A stretch of DNA of 64,000 bases, taken from contig CP145426.1 in assembly GCA_036867785.1 (NCBI GenBank), forward strand, positions 186,001-250,000, read 5' to 3'. Shown in pieces: positions 44,686 through 55,549 of this stretch; position 1 is the stretch's first letter; every line of letters begins with the position of its first letter. A program made the translations under genes and the position numbers. This DNA comes from Plasmodiophora brassicae. Taxonomy: Eukaryota. Below the pieces are notes generated by a model, which worked only from the letters and a program-made list of their open reading frames with translations, ran no database searches and was not told the origin of the DNA.

Positions 44686-47546
44686 CAGAGAGTGGGACTC
44701 TTAATCTGATTCAAGCAGTTCGAAGCGCTTAGGAAAGTGAAAGTCCCCAGTGTATCTAACGTGGGGGAAGCCGACGTCCCCATGACGTCGCACACACAGT
44801 GGCACGGTCGCCACTGTGCACCAGTTGCGTCACGTCGTCGTGACTCATGGGTCGGCCACTGTCGCTAGCCTTCCCATTATGAATCACAGGATTTCCGTTA
44901 CTACGAGATGCCATATGCACAAGTACAACTACGGCGGTACTATCGGCAATTGCTAACGACACCCTATTAGGACAAGAGTACGACACATGGGATGGGGAGG
45001 GCGATGGCTGGACCCCCCTCGGATTAGTGGAAAAGACCCTCTCTGAATACATGCCCAGAGCGTACACGGACGTCCACCCAAAAGTAAAAATCGACGAGCA
45101 GATACTAGAAAACCTCTACCGAGTCCAATTCCACACAAGTTCTAGAGCAGAGGCTATAGACAAACACCTTGCAGGGGAACTACTACCGCAAGAAGCTCCA
45201 GTAGAAATATGGACTGACGGAAGCCTTACACCGGGAGAAAATGCAGGGGCAGCCGCCCTGTATATTGATAACAGGACCGACCCGCCTACAGAGGAAGTAA
45301 GGGAAACTGCACTTAGCTCCATCATAGTGCAATCCAGTTACGAGACGGAACTCATTGCACTAGGATGTGGCCTGGACACAGCCGCCGAACAAGACGTCAA
45401 AGACACCAAAGTACACATATTTTCGGACTCTTTATCGTGGATCAAACAACTACAGGCCCTCCCAACAAGACCCAAAAGGGTACATGACGAGGTGGCAGCC
45501 TGCGCAGATAAACTGGCCCAACTGGTAGCGAACAACAATGAGGTACACGTACACTTCATCCCTAGCCACGTCCCATTACCGAAAGACGAGCCAGCTCCGA
45601 GCAGCAAGATGGAAAGCGAAACCACGGACGACACCGAAGCACAAAGCGACTGCGGAAGCACACAAGACCTGAGCCCAGTGCGGAAACAAAACCATAACCG
45701 AGAACCACCTGTAGAAAACCGCAAGGACCTATCGGAAGCAGACGGTGAAAAAATGAATGACTGTACCAACTCGCAACCCCTGTATCTTACACTGAAAGAA
45801 ATCCAAAACCAGACACCGCCCTCTCCTACCAACTACGACCATACCGACACGGACAGTAGCAGTGAGAATCTAATACCCGCCTACGTAGACAAAACCCACC
45901 CCATCCAAATAGAGCCCAGCGAGCCCAACGACTCTGATTGCAGCAGCGACGATGACTCAGACTCGGACTCCGCCACCCCCCGCAGAAGGAAATTCCTTGA
46001 AATAGGGCACAGCGAAGAAATCGACAAACTAGCCAAACGGGCGGCCAAGAAAGGTATATGCGGAGTTGAACACTCCCCATTCATATCCTCCTACAAACTC
46101 CATTTGAGACGCATGGCAGCCGACCGATTAGAAGATCATCTAAAGAACAACATCAAAGAAAGCAAATGGGAAGACTATCCCAACCGACAACGATATCGAG
46201 ACGACGCAAAAAACATAGCATACGACAGCAGAAAAATCCATACTCACCCCCTGCTGAATCGCGCCCGCTCGGGACACTGCGGCGCACGGCAGCACCTCTA
46301 TAACATCAGCCAAGACTTGGCCGGAGAGTCATCTCAATGCCGGCACTGCGGGAACGCAGCCGAAACCATCGAGCATCAACTCTTGCACTGCACCGCATTA
46401 CATCACAAACTACAACAAGAACGCGACGCATACGCGAGACTGTGGAAAAACTCCTTCACAGAAGCCCTCTGGAAATATGAAGACGAGATGACTAACATTC
46501 TCAAGTCTGCAAAGAACAAAAAGTGCCTATACATCTAACAAACACGCCAAGACCACAACACCACCCAGAACGAAGAACAAAGCCGTGCTGATATGCGACC
46601 AACGAGATCTCGCGGTGCAGGTTACCCTGCCCCGCCAAGGCCACAGGGCCTAAATGTTATGGGTGCCCGACAGCCCAGTAAGTGTCGTTTAGGAGTTTTC
46701 TTAGGGGATCACTTGAGCAGGTTGGAAGGCGAAGGGGCGCCTGTAAAACAGGTGACCACCTCCCACGTGGGGGTGGATGTCGTCAGTAGTGCAGCCAGAT
46801 CTACCACAGTGAGGAAGATCAAAGTCTACGAACCTGTGGGGTGCTCTTTGAGCCCTCAGACTCGCCCCGGAGTCGCCAACCTGCGAGATCCCAGCACAAA
46901 GGTGACAGGCCGGCACTGCCAGGCCGGGAGAAGCTGCCGTTCTGGAAGCGATCCTACGGTCCTCGGAACCGAAACCGAGGCGCCTGCCTGAAAAGCGCGA
47001 AACACAAATAAACTAAACTAAACTAAACTAAATATATGACAACCCGTCTCCCTCCAAATGGCAGCCTATCACAACCAGTCTACCTTTTATTGGGTTCGTC
47101 CAGCTGGCCTGGCTCGGTTTCTTGGTAAACGTACGTAGTTGGAAAGCGTTATAAGTGGGCATATATATAATGCTTCACAGTTGGGGCAACTGGCATGGTT
47201 CGTAAGCTTGAAATTGGCAGAATGTGTGTACCGACATCATCTGTCCATTTACCTCCTCGTGTCGCTACTACTGGAGCAATGGTACGAGAAGCAGAAGGTC
47301 GGGAAGTTCCACAGGCGATCCACAACCGTCAGGAAGACGTCCGCGCGCAGGATGGAGCGACCACTGACCATGTAGTTCAGATCTCTAGACTCACTGAGCA
47401 GGGTGCACTGGTTGCAGGGGGAGGTACGCACGTACCCGCAACGCGCGAGGACAGCATTCGAACATGAGTTCGCAACGGGAGTTGGTATTCTACTGTTTTG
47501 TAGTATATGGCAGATGTATTGCCGAACGGTCGGGATCTCGATTCCA

Positions 47547-48920
47547 TTAGAGGTCCGGCAGACTCAGCAAACTAACGATGACATCGTATCCCAGGAAACG
47601 TGCCAAATCCACCGGAGTTAGATTGTAGATGTCTGGCTGACAGGTGTTGATCCCGGGACGGCTCAGCAACCGTTCGACGACAACGGTATTGTTTTCAACA
47701 ACAGCCCAGTGCAGAGGTGCCCGCCGATGTTCCTTGTCAATAGCATTAACCTGAACATCACCGATCGCAATGAGATGGTCCACGATGCGGCGATTGTTGT
47801 TCAGCACGGCAATGTGCAACGGTGTGAACATGTTCTGGTCCACGGCATCGGCTTCAGCGCCGTGCTTCAGCAGCTAATTCTTGAAGAGGCGAATGTCTCC
47901 CCTTGCCGCGACACGATGCAGTGCTGTACCACGATCATCTGCTGCATTGATTTCAGTTCGTCCGTCCTCCAACAGCAACTCGAAGGCGGCACTGTGCCCC
48001 TGATCTAGGGCTCGGAGCAGTGGCGTCCTGCCTGATTTATCAACCGCATTGACCTCAAGCCAAGGGCATAACAGCAACAACTGGATGACACGAAGGTGTC
48101 CAAATTCTGCCGCCAGATGCAGGGGCGTGGACCCACCAATGTTGTCGCCCTCGTTGACTTGAACCTCGGGGCCATTCCTCAGTAACTCAACAATAGAATC
48201 TTCTCCATTGCGTGCCGCCCAGTGGAGCAAGGTCTGGCCAAAGTTGTCCCAAGGGACGTTATGAACAACGAGCCCCACATTACCTTCGTATGCAAGGTGG
48301 CTGTAAATGCTATCGACGATCTCCTGCTGTCTTTCGTCGATCGCTACCTGATAAAGCCGCACAATGCCAGGGACGTTTCCAACCACATCATTGATGGCCT
48401 CCAGGGACAGCATGCCACGTATGGCGGCGACATCGCCGCAAGTGCGTTTGGAGGATCCAATAAACGTCACGAGAATGCAAACGTCGAGGTCTCTTGCGGC
48501 TGTGAACACACGGGCCTGGGCCTCTGATCTGGTTCCATCGTTGTCAGTTGCACGTTCGAATTCCACATAGCCACATCGAAACGTGGAACGCCGTCAACCT
48601 ATTGTACGTCCGTTAGTTGCCACCAGTAATAATAATCAATAATGTGGAAATACCGTGCCCAAATACGGGACTGTGTTGATGAAGTTGACCAACACGATCA
48701 GTTCGGCGTTGGCGACGGTCTCAAGGAACAGATGACCTTCTTCTTGTTTGCGACGACGTTCTAGATACCCTGAGAGAGCAACGCCACGCGACGTGTCGAC
48801 CTCATGGCATACGTTGCCGTCGGAGGGGCATAACGTGAACGAGTGATCAGTAGCGCCGCCACTGACTGCAGCGAGCGCAACTATGAACGCTATCAGGGTG
48901 CGAGTTTCCTTGGCCGTCAT
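47547..48920 (-). pseudogene. Disrupted secreted Skp1/BTB-like + ankyrin gene, paralogue of 530-2677
   Basis: Signal LIAFIVALAAVSGGA; FTLCPSDG..HEVDT; RVFTAARDL...SKRT...GNVPGIVRL aligns with the first gene; ankyrin repeats; apparent frameshift near 48570 and in-frame TAG at 47874-47876. Confidence 0.75.
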
Positions 48921-50559
48921 CGGCATCCTATTCGTGAAGGCTGCAACGATACTCTTGCGTGGTTCTTGATGACGATTGAGGCCTGTTGTAGGTCTTCGGA
49001 GTTCGCATGACGCCAACCCGTAGTCCGGGACTGGCTGCGCGGGGCGCAGAAACATTAAGGCGATGGTCCCTATACAGACATCCTATTCTTAGAATCGTCA
49101 CCCAACATGTTTCTGTAAATCATCGCCCATCGGCATCGTTCCGATGGTCAAAACGGGTGTTCTGCGCTACCTTGTGCGTTCTCAGGAGCGTCCATTGCCA
49201 ACGACGGGGGTTTTGACACGACGCTTTCCAAATGGAACAGGTTCGCTACTAATTAACTGGACGTTGATGAGGGAGGAGGAAGCTGCGGTGCAAGTAATTT
49301 CATCAACGTTTAGATTTGCATGTACGTGTATCGTATGTACAGCATATACAGCAGCACCTATGATGTTGTTCGCGGTCATCACCCCAGTCTTGACGCAGCC
49401 CGCCAAGTTTACGGATCCGTTCCGGACAAGCACAGCCAACTGTCCCGCCAGACCAGTCGTGTGCTTCCAAGAATAGATCGCGGACTTCCGGACTCTGGAG
49501 ACCGTCAGGGACTCCGGAGACGCAGTGGTGTGAGGACTGTCGTGCAGTGCAATACACGGATAACAACCGCGACGGACTCGCCAGCCCGTCAGTGACAAGT
49601 GGAGGGCGTAAAGCCAGACGGCCCGAAAACCAGACAGGCAATCAGCAAGAGAGACAGACTTCAGAGAGACAGCAGCCAGCTTCTGAATTACGCGAACGTC
49701 TCGAAGTTTGAACGACGACGTGACAGCTAGCATGAATCCAAAGGGTTACAAATATGATGACGACATGGTACGTTGCAACGAGGTTGTCTAGGTAAGCAGG
49801 AATTCCATGGTCCTCGAATCCTACGATGGAGCACGCGAAGAGCTAGCTGTTACTGTGTACAGCGTGGCCCTGCTGAACGAAAGCGTCACGCGGAACTACA
49901 CGCCTTGCGGAATGACAACGCTGCATTGGCAGTCAACGGTCACTGTAAATTCAAGTTTCGTTGGTGCATATGTGCTTGCTTTCAATTTGGCTTCTGGTGA
50001 TATCGACGCGAGGCACGCCACGCAAGAATCAACGTTGCACGATCAAGCAGGTGCACTGGATAACACAGGCGCAGTTCACTACTTCATTGCTTGTTGTCGA
50101 AACCGCAGTTAATTCACAACGATCAGCCCATGTGGAGGGCGGTGTAAAACAGTGAAGCAATCTTGCAATCCAACCAGAAATTCAATCTTGGCGGACGCGA
50201 CGATCGCCAGACGGTTTACTTACTGAATAGTACACTCATGGCATGGGGGTGTCGGCGTCGGCCGGTGATCACACATCGATCAGTACCCACGCTGCCAGCG
50301 GACCGTCGTTCATGGCCGAACTGACCGCGATCGTCGTCGTGATTCCAGGGTGCAGAATCCGGACATCCTGTTGGCGTCGAACTATACGCCCACCTGCTCC
50401 AGAAGGACGCCCACCTGGTCTTCGCGGTAACGGCCTCTGGAAGTTTGTTGCAATTCGCTGACATGACGATGCCGAAGGTCGTTGCAATTCGCTGACGTAA
50501 CGATGACGAAAGTTGTCGAGCAAGTGGCCAAAAGACCGACAGGGGACGTCCGGTCGCGG

Positions 50560-51030
50560 AAGGATGGCAACCGTTACGACGGTTTGCTGTCGTCAGCGGC
50601 CTGGAGGAATAAGGCCCGCATCCGACTCCATCGACATGTTCGCCTAACTCATTGAGGTCTTTGCAGACCGCATCGTACGACATGTGCGACTACGCGTTCG
50701 TGCGTATCTGCTATGCCCCGTCGTGCTGTACGTCTGGGATCAGTGAATCTTGTCCCGATGGCAGATGCGCTTTAGCCCTGCGCCGCGGTCGTCGTGTGCC
50801 TGCGCTCAACGCTCCGCAAGGTCCACGTCTGGCGCTCCGCCTGCATCGAGATACCCTAACGGGAGAGTGTGCCGGCCAGTGTCCATAGCCGGCTGCAAGT
50901 TCGCGAGCAATCAAGAGCATGGGCCCATATTTGCAGCAGCGTGCGTTCCAACAGGCGGTTTCGTTGCTGCACCCAATGTCGCGACGAGCACCGGCGTTGC
51001 TCGACGGCCTGGCCGGCATTCTGCCCTCCC
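50560..51030 (+). pseudogene. Degenerate duplicate of 56820-57290
   Basis: Shared QPLRRFAVVSGLE, DMCDYAFV.IC.AP and MGP.LQQRAFQ.AVSLL.P, with frameshifts in this copy. Confidence 0.75.
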
Positions 51031-51452
51031 AGCCCGCGATCGAAAACAACCCGAAGTACCTGACGGTTCTAAGCAAATTCGACAGCGACGACGGCGCGCG
51101 TAACGTCAAAATGGACACATGGAGGCGGCTTGTGCAACACGTTGGCCTTTGGGTCCAGTTCATCCGCCGTCGTTTCCATCATTTGCCGGCCGCGGCACTC
51201 GGTACTGACGGTCGGGCGTCGTCGGCCGCGACTACGATTTCGTCGGCCAGTCCACGCGTACGTGCTTCACCCTTGTTCGGATTCCAGCGCCGACTGTGTC
51301 GTGCTCGCCGCGCGCCCGTCGACAGGTAAACATTACAAACTCGACGTCGCCTGGTTGGTCGTCGGGCGGTAGTGACGACTGCTATAATGTCTACCACTGC
51401 GTTTCATCTCAATTAGTCCCATCGTGCAATGTACTTCGAAAGTAAAGTCCTA

Positions 51453-52506
51453 CAGTGATTACCGTAATTAGTCTGTATGCGCAATTAGTGTTAGTTCATA
51501 ATTAGTGTGATACACACTATTCAGGGTCGGGTGCTCTTGGCACACCTCAGTATATATAGTACAACACTGGTAAATACATGCGAAATGTACCATGAAAATT
51601 CAAATTTCATTATGTAAGTACATTAAGGAACGACTTCGCCTTCAAAATGGTTGCGATGTTTTGCAACAATCGCCTGGAGCTCGGGTGATAGCTGCTGGAT
51701 GCGCCATTCGCCGGTGACATCCTTGGACAAACCGCACCGGATCATCGCCTTGCGAGCATACTTGAGCCCATTCGCATCGCGACAGGAGTCCACGTACTTG
51801 ACCGAATCAGCAGCAAGTTTGAGAAAGAACGTTTTGCCCGGATTCTTGAGTGCCCCCGACACCCGTTGCCTGCTGTTCGCATTGGGCTGGACCTGAACTC
51901 GTTGGGAAACATGCGAATCGTCCGAGCGAACAGGCCTGGCTTTCGTCGTCGATCATCCACTTCACGACCCTGATTCTTGACTGCTGGGTACAGAGGTGCT
52001 GCAGTTTTCTCTTACGTGCCGAATCGTTGCGGGCATTCGCATCATCATCTTCAATCCTAACCTCCTCTTCGGCGCCGTCGCCTTGCTGCTGTTCCGGTTC
52101 TCGTGGCACTTGATCATGCGGCTGCCGATGCTGCTGATGCAGCTGCGATCGAGCAAACGCGGCAGCAAGAGGTGACGCAGAGAAGACAGACAACGCTTGT
52201 GACGATGACGTCGCTGGAGCCATCCGCGTATCTCACGTGAACAAACAGAGTGCAATCATTTCCGGGTCCCTGCGGGCTCAGCGGCCAGCACGTGCGGCGT
52301 CCGTGGGGACTGGCTCGCACTGCGGCGCTGCGTATGCCTATACACACTAATTACGTGTGAAAATAAATAGTGTGTATCACAGTATTCATGCCAGCACCTA
52401 TATAGTGTTAATTCGCATTTAGTGTTATACACACTAATCAAGGGTTGAGCCTCTAAAATCGCTAACACCTAATTAGTCTGATACAGACTAATTACGGTAA
52501 TCACTG
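51453..52506 (-). mobile_element. Tc1/mariner-superfamily (pogo-like) non-autonomous TIR element with deleted coding remnant
   Basis: 26-bp TIRs CAGTGATTACCGTAATTAGTCTGTAT; TA TSD; subterminal TAATTAGT motifs; - strand ORF pieces (RIRVVKWM...; ARKAMIRCGLS...QQLSPELQ). Confidence 0.88.
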
Positions 52507-52584
52507 TAGCTTCGTGAATCTATCACCAGACCACACTGTTATCAGTCAAGCAACGTATATCACCAGTCCAGGCTGAAGTCGTTA

Positions 52585-55053
52585 TCAGCGACGGTCGAGG
52601 AATTCAAGCAGTGACGACTGACTGAACGATCTGCAATGCTGCCGGATGAACGCGGTCATGCGGTTGATGCTTATGGCCACGATACCGCGGTAGAGGATAC
52701 TAATTGAGTCGTGATTGCGGGCGAAGTAGAAGTCGTGTCCGAATTGGGCACGTTGCAGTATGTCAACGAATGTGTCCTTGGAGAGATAATCACGCGTGCT
52801 CACCAGCCGGCAAAAGGCGTCCACTGACGGCAACCTGGCGGCCAGGGTGACCACTATCTGGAACAGCATCTCCAACTGCCCCCTCAAGCGGTGACGGTAC
52901 CGATTCCGTTGAGTCAAGAATATTGCGGTGGACATCTCCTCGGCGGCGCAGCGTAGCCAATGGATAACGTTAATCGCAGCCGTATGCAGGATCGTCCACC
53001 GAGCAGGAACGTCGCGGTGCACAACAACCTCAGTAAGAATACCCAGGCGTTGCGCTTGCTCCATGACAATCTCTACAGCAGTCAGATCCATCATGACAGC
53101 CCAGTGGATCGGTGACAACCCGTCATAAAGCTCGAGAAGGAACGCCTGAAGGGCACTGTCGCCTTCGAGAGCGCGGATCGAGTTCAGCATTGGGCCGAGC
53201 GGTTGGACGCCGATCTTCGACTTCATGAGGTCCGCGTGATGAGGTTTCATTCGCAATACGCGGCGACGTGCTAGATGGCCGATGGTCAAGGTCATCGAAG
53301 CCGGCCATGTCAACAACGCAACTATGCCTCGAGGACTGCCCGCGCAGGCCATCACCGCGACTTCGTAGGCAGACATGGTTCCATTGGCGGCGGCCACGAG
53401 GTTCGTGAGGATGGACATGACGGGTTTGTCGTCGCAGGGATTCCGTTGGCGTAACCAGTGTTCGATACAGGATGCACCAGAAGCTGAACGGTTCAGTGCT
53501 CCCCAGACCCAGTCCAGGTTTGATGCACGGAGCAGGATCCAATGTACGATATCGCCGGTCATGCAGTTCTTGTGGAAGACAGTGTACCCGTGTTCGTTAA
53601 CGTGACGCAGAGCCGCCTGGACGTTGGCGTCGGTGGCGTGTCGCGCTAGATGATCCAAGGTACTGACGGGATGGCGAACACGGCAGACGTCGACATTGGT
53701 GAGGGCGGCGACACCGGAGCCACTGAGGATCACAGCGCCGTCATCGAACATGGTCAGAGGCATTTCGCTAGGGACCCATGGATCATCGACGCTAATCGCA
53801 CGGATCAGGACACGTCGCTTCCAATCACACTCGTCGAATTGCGCGCCGTATCGTCGACGAAGTGCGTTCAAACAGGGCTTCAGCAGCATGGGGTTCTTGT
53901 CATCAGCCATTCCGAAATGCTGCCGGTACGATTCGAATTTGTACCATATCGTCAGGTAGATATCGTCCAGGTCCTCGTAATAAGGATGAAACGTCATAAT
54001 TTGCTTCGCGAGTGTAGACGCTTCGTGCTTGTCCGGATTCAGGCGTGCGGCAGATATTTCCATTCTAAACAACGTTCCAGACCCCAGCGTGATGAGCAGG
54101 TTGGCCGTGTGGAAGTCATCTGCAGCGACCGCTTCACTCAGGAGTATATCGAAGCGATCTTTCTCGGGTATGGCGACGCCGAGAGTTCGATCTGTATAAT
54201 ACCTACAAAGATCCGTTCCATGTGCCACCATGACCTTCAGTAGGTCATCGTCCAAGTTGCGATTCCGTCCCGGTAGCTTGATCAGAGTGTAGATATTGCG
54301 GAACGCCAGACCTGATAGGGACACCCGTACCAGGTCGCGGTGGTGTTCAGGAAGCAATTTCAACAGGGCAGCCGTAATCTCATCTCGTTCATCGTACGGG
54401 ACGGGGTATACGTTATTCGCAGCAAATATTCTGGATGCTGTTGCCACGTAACTGTCAAAGCCTGCGACATCATGGAACGCGACGTGATGCTGGCGAAGGA
54501 ATCGAAAGGCATACAGAGCTCGTTTCCGGTGCTGGGCGTCGTCGTACAGTTGCGATGTGTGTCGTATAGCAACTCCAAGGGCATACCCGTCAGCCAATCG
54601 CCAATCGACCGCCATCGCCTTGAGCATCATTTCGAAACGGCCCGCAGCAATATCATGTCCAATATTGAACAACTGGTCAAGGAGTAGGATCTGGGGACGC
54701 AACGGCACCCGGTGACGAAGATATCTGCGCGCCCATTCACCCGATACATAGCGAAGTCGGCAGGGATCCTCGAAGCAGGAGAGAAGTGTGTCCAGACAGG
54801 CTTCTGGTTCGAACAGCGTTTTCCACTGGCGTCGAATGCGCAAAGCGTCCCGAGCGCTAGAAGACAGGACCAGGCTGTTCGACACTTGTGTCAGGTTGCG
54901 AACGTCGGTGTCGTCAAGGTTCGAAAGGAGCCTTGGTATCAGGTCGTCTGCAGGACATTTCGCAAATAGATCATCAGGGTTATTACGAGACGCGCGCCCA
55001 GTTGCCAGCAGAGTGCATGCAAGGACGACAACGGTGACGGAAACCGACGCCAT
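52585..55053 (-). CDS. Secreted protein with F-box-like motif and degenerate ankyrin-like repeats (intronless)
   Basis: Signal VTVVVLACTLLATGRA; LFAKCPADDLIPRLLSNLDDTDVRNLTQVS; GYTVFH, GLSPIHWAV, WTILHTAA. Confidence 0.7.
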   Translation of the reverse strand: MASVSVTVVVLACTLLATGRASRNNPDDLFAKCPADDLIPRLLSNLDDTDVRNLTQVSNSLVLSSSARDALRIRRQWKTLFEPEACLDTLLSCFEDPCRLRYVSGEWARRYLRHRVPLRPQILLLDQLFNIGHDIAAGRFEMMLKAMAVDWRLADGYALGVAIRHTSQLYDDAQHRKRALYAFRFLRQHHVAFHDVAGFDSYVATASRIFAANNVYPVPYDERDEITAALLKLLPEHHRDLVRVSLSGLAFRNIYTLIKLPGRNRNLDDDLLKVMVAHGTDLCRYYTDRTLGVAIPEKDRFDILLSEAVAADDFHTANLLITLGSGTLFRMEISAARLNPDKHEASTLAKQIMTFHPYYEDLDDIYLTIWYKFESYRQHFGMADDKNPMLLKPCLNALRRRYGAQFDECDWKRRVLIRAISVDDPWVPSEMPLTMFDDGAVILSGSGVAALTNVDVCRVRHPVSTLDHLARHATDANVQAALRHVNEHGYTVFHKNCMTGDIVHWILLRASNLDWVWGALNRSASGASCIEHWLRQRNPCDDKPVMSILTNLVAAANGTMSAYEVAVMACAGSPRGIVALLTWPASMTLTIGHLARRRVLRMKPHHADLMKSKIGVQPLGPMLNSIRALEGDSALQAFLLELYDGLSPIHWAVMMDLTAVEIVMEQAQRLGILTEVVVHRDVPARWTILHTAAINVIHWLRCAAEEMSTAIFLTQRNRYRHRLRGQLEMLFQIVVTLAARLPSVDAFCRLVSTRDYLSKDTFVDILQRAQFGHDFYFARNHDSISILYRGIVAISINRMTAFIRQHCRSFSQSSLLEFLDRR

Positions 55054-55549
55054 CCGGAACGAAGTCACCTGCTTTCGCCGACGTGCAGACGTTAGGGTCG
55101 GTTGAAATCTGCGCGATATTTATATCGACCGGTCGGGCGGGTCAAGGACGTGTCGAGTCGGGTCTGAACCAGGTCGTTCCTTGAGGCCCACGACGGGTCT
55201 GACTTCGATTAGACCCGGGTCAAGCATGTATGCTCGGCGTCTGTCGAAGAATCAGTCCCAGAAGACATTGGAACTCGACGTCGTCTTAAAGGAATACGTC
55301 CCCTGGATGATTGTATTGTAAGAAGGACTGCAATTCGAAGATGTCGGTGACTGCTGTGTCGATCAGGCGTGATTGGCGTTCGTTAATTGGTAGACCTGAG
55401 AAAACAAAGTTCGCCGGGACCCGATGTTGACATCGACCCGGCTCCTTGAAGTCAGGCGCCATCATCGTGCGGCCAGTTGAAATACTGCTCGTTGTCCTGG
55501 AACCACATGTAAACATCGGCTAGGCTCTGCTGCATTGACATTCAACGGT

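Larger units (their letters stand above)
39761..44886 (-). mobile_element. Ty1/copia LTR retrotransposon
   Basis: Identical 180-bp LTRs at 39761-39940 and 44707-44886 with TGATTCA...TGAATCA termini; TSD CAGGA. Confidence 0.96.
30698..47031 (+). mobile_element. Non-LTR retrotransposon (APE-RT-RNaseH-Zn finger, I/Ingi-like), interrupted by three insertions
   Basis: 12-bp TSD ATATATGACAAC at 30686-30697 and 47032-47043; (TAAAC)n tail. APE motifs QWNA, CISE, GDLN, LDI, DSDH. RT motifs FRPIALLS, DFTKAFD, GIPQG, YVDD, KYLG. RNaseH TDGS/SDS. C..C......EH.L..C. The ORF rejoins in frame when each insertion is removed; it also has a stop at 39147 and a frameshift near 39605. Confidence 0.95.

Noticed and set aside
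47005-47031. (TAAAC)n as an interstitial telomeric repeat
   Set aside because: It sits immediately before the LINE's 3' TSD, so it is the retrotransposon tail.
49100-50520. Short protein-like ORFs and a short direct repeat (GTTGCAATTCGCTGAC x2)
   Set aside because: Interrupted by stops and no recognisable family; cannot support a call.
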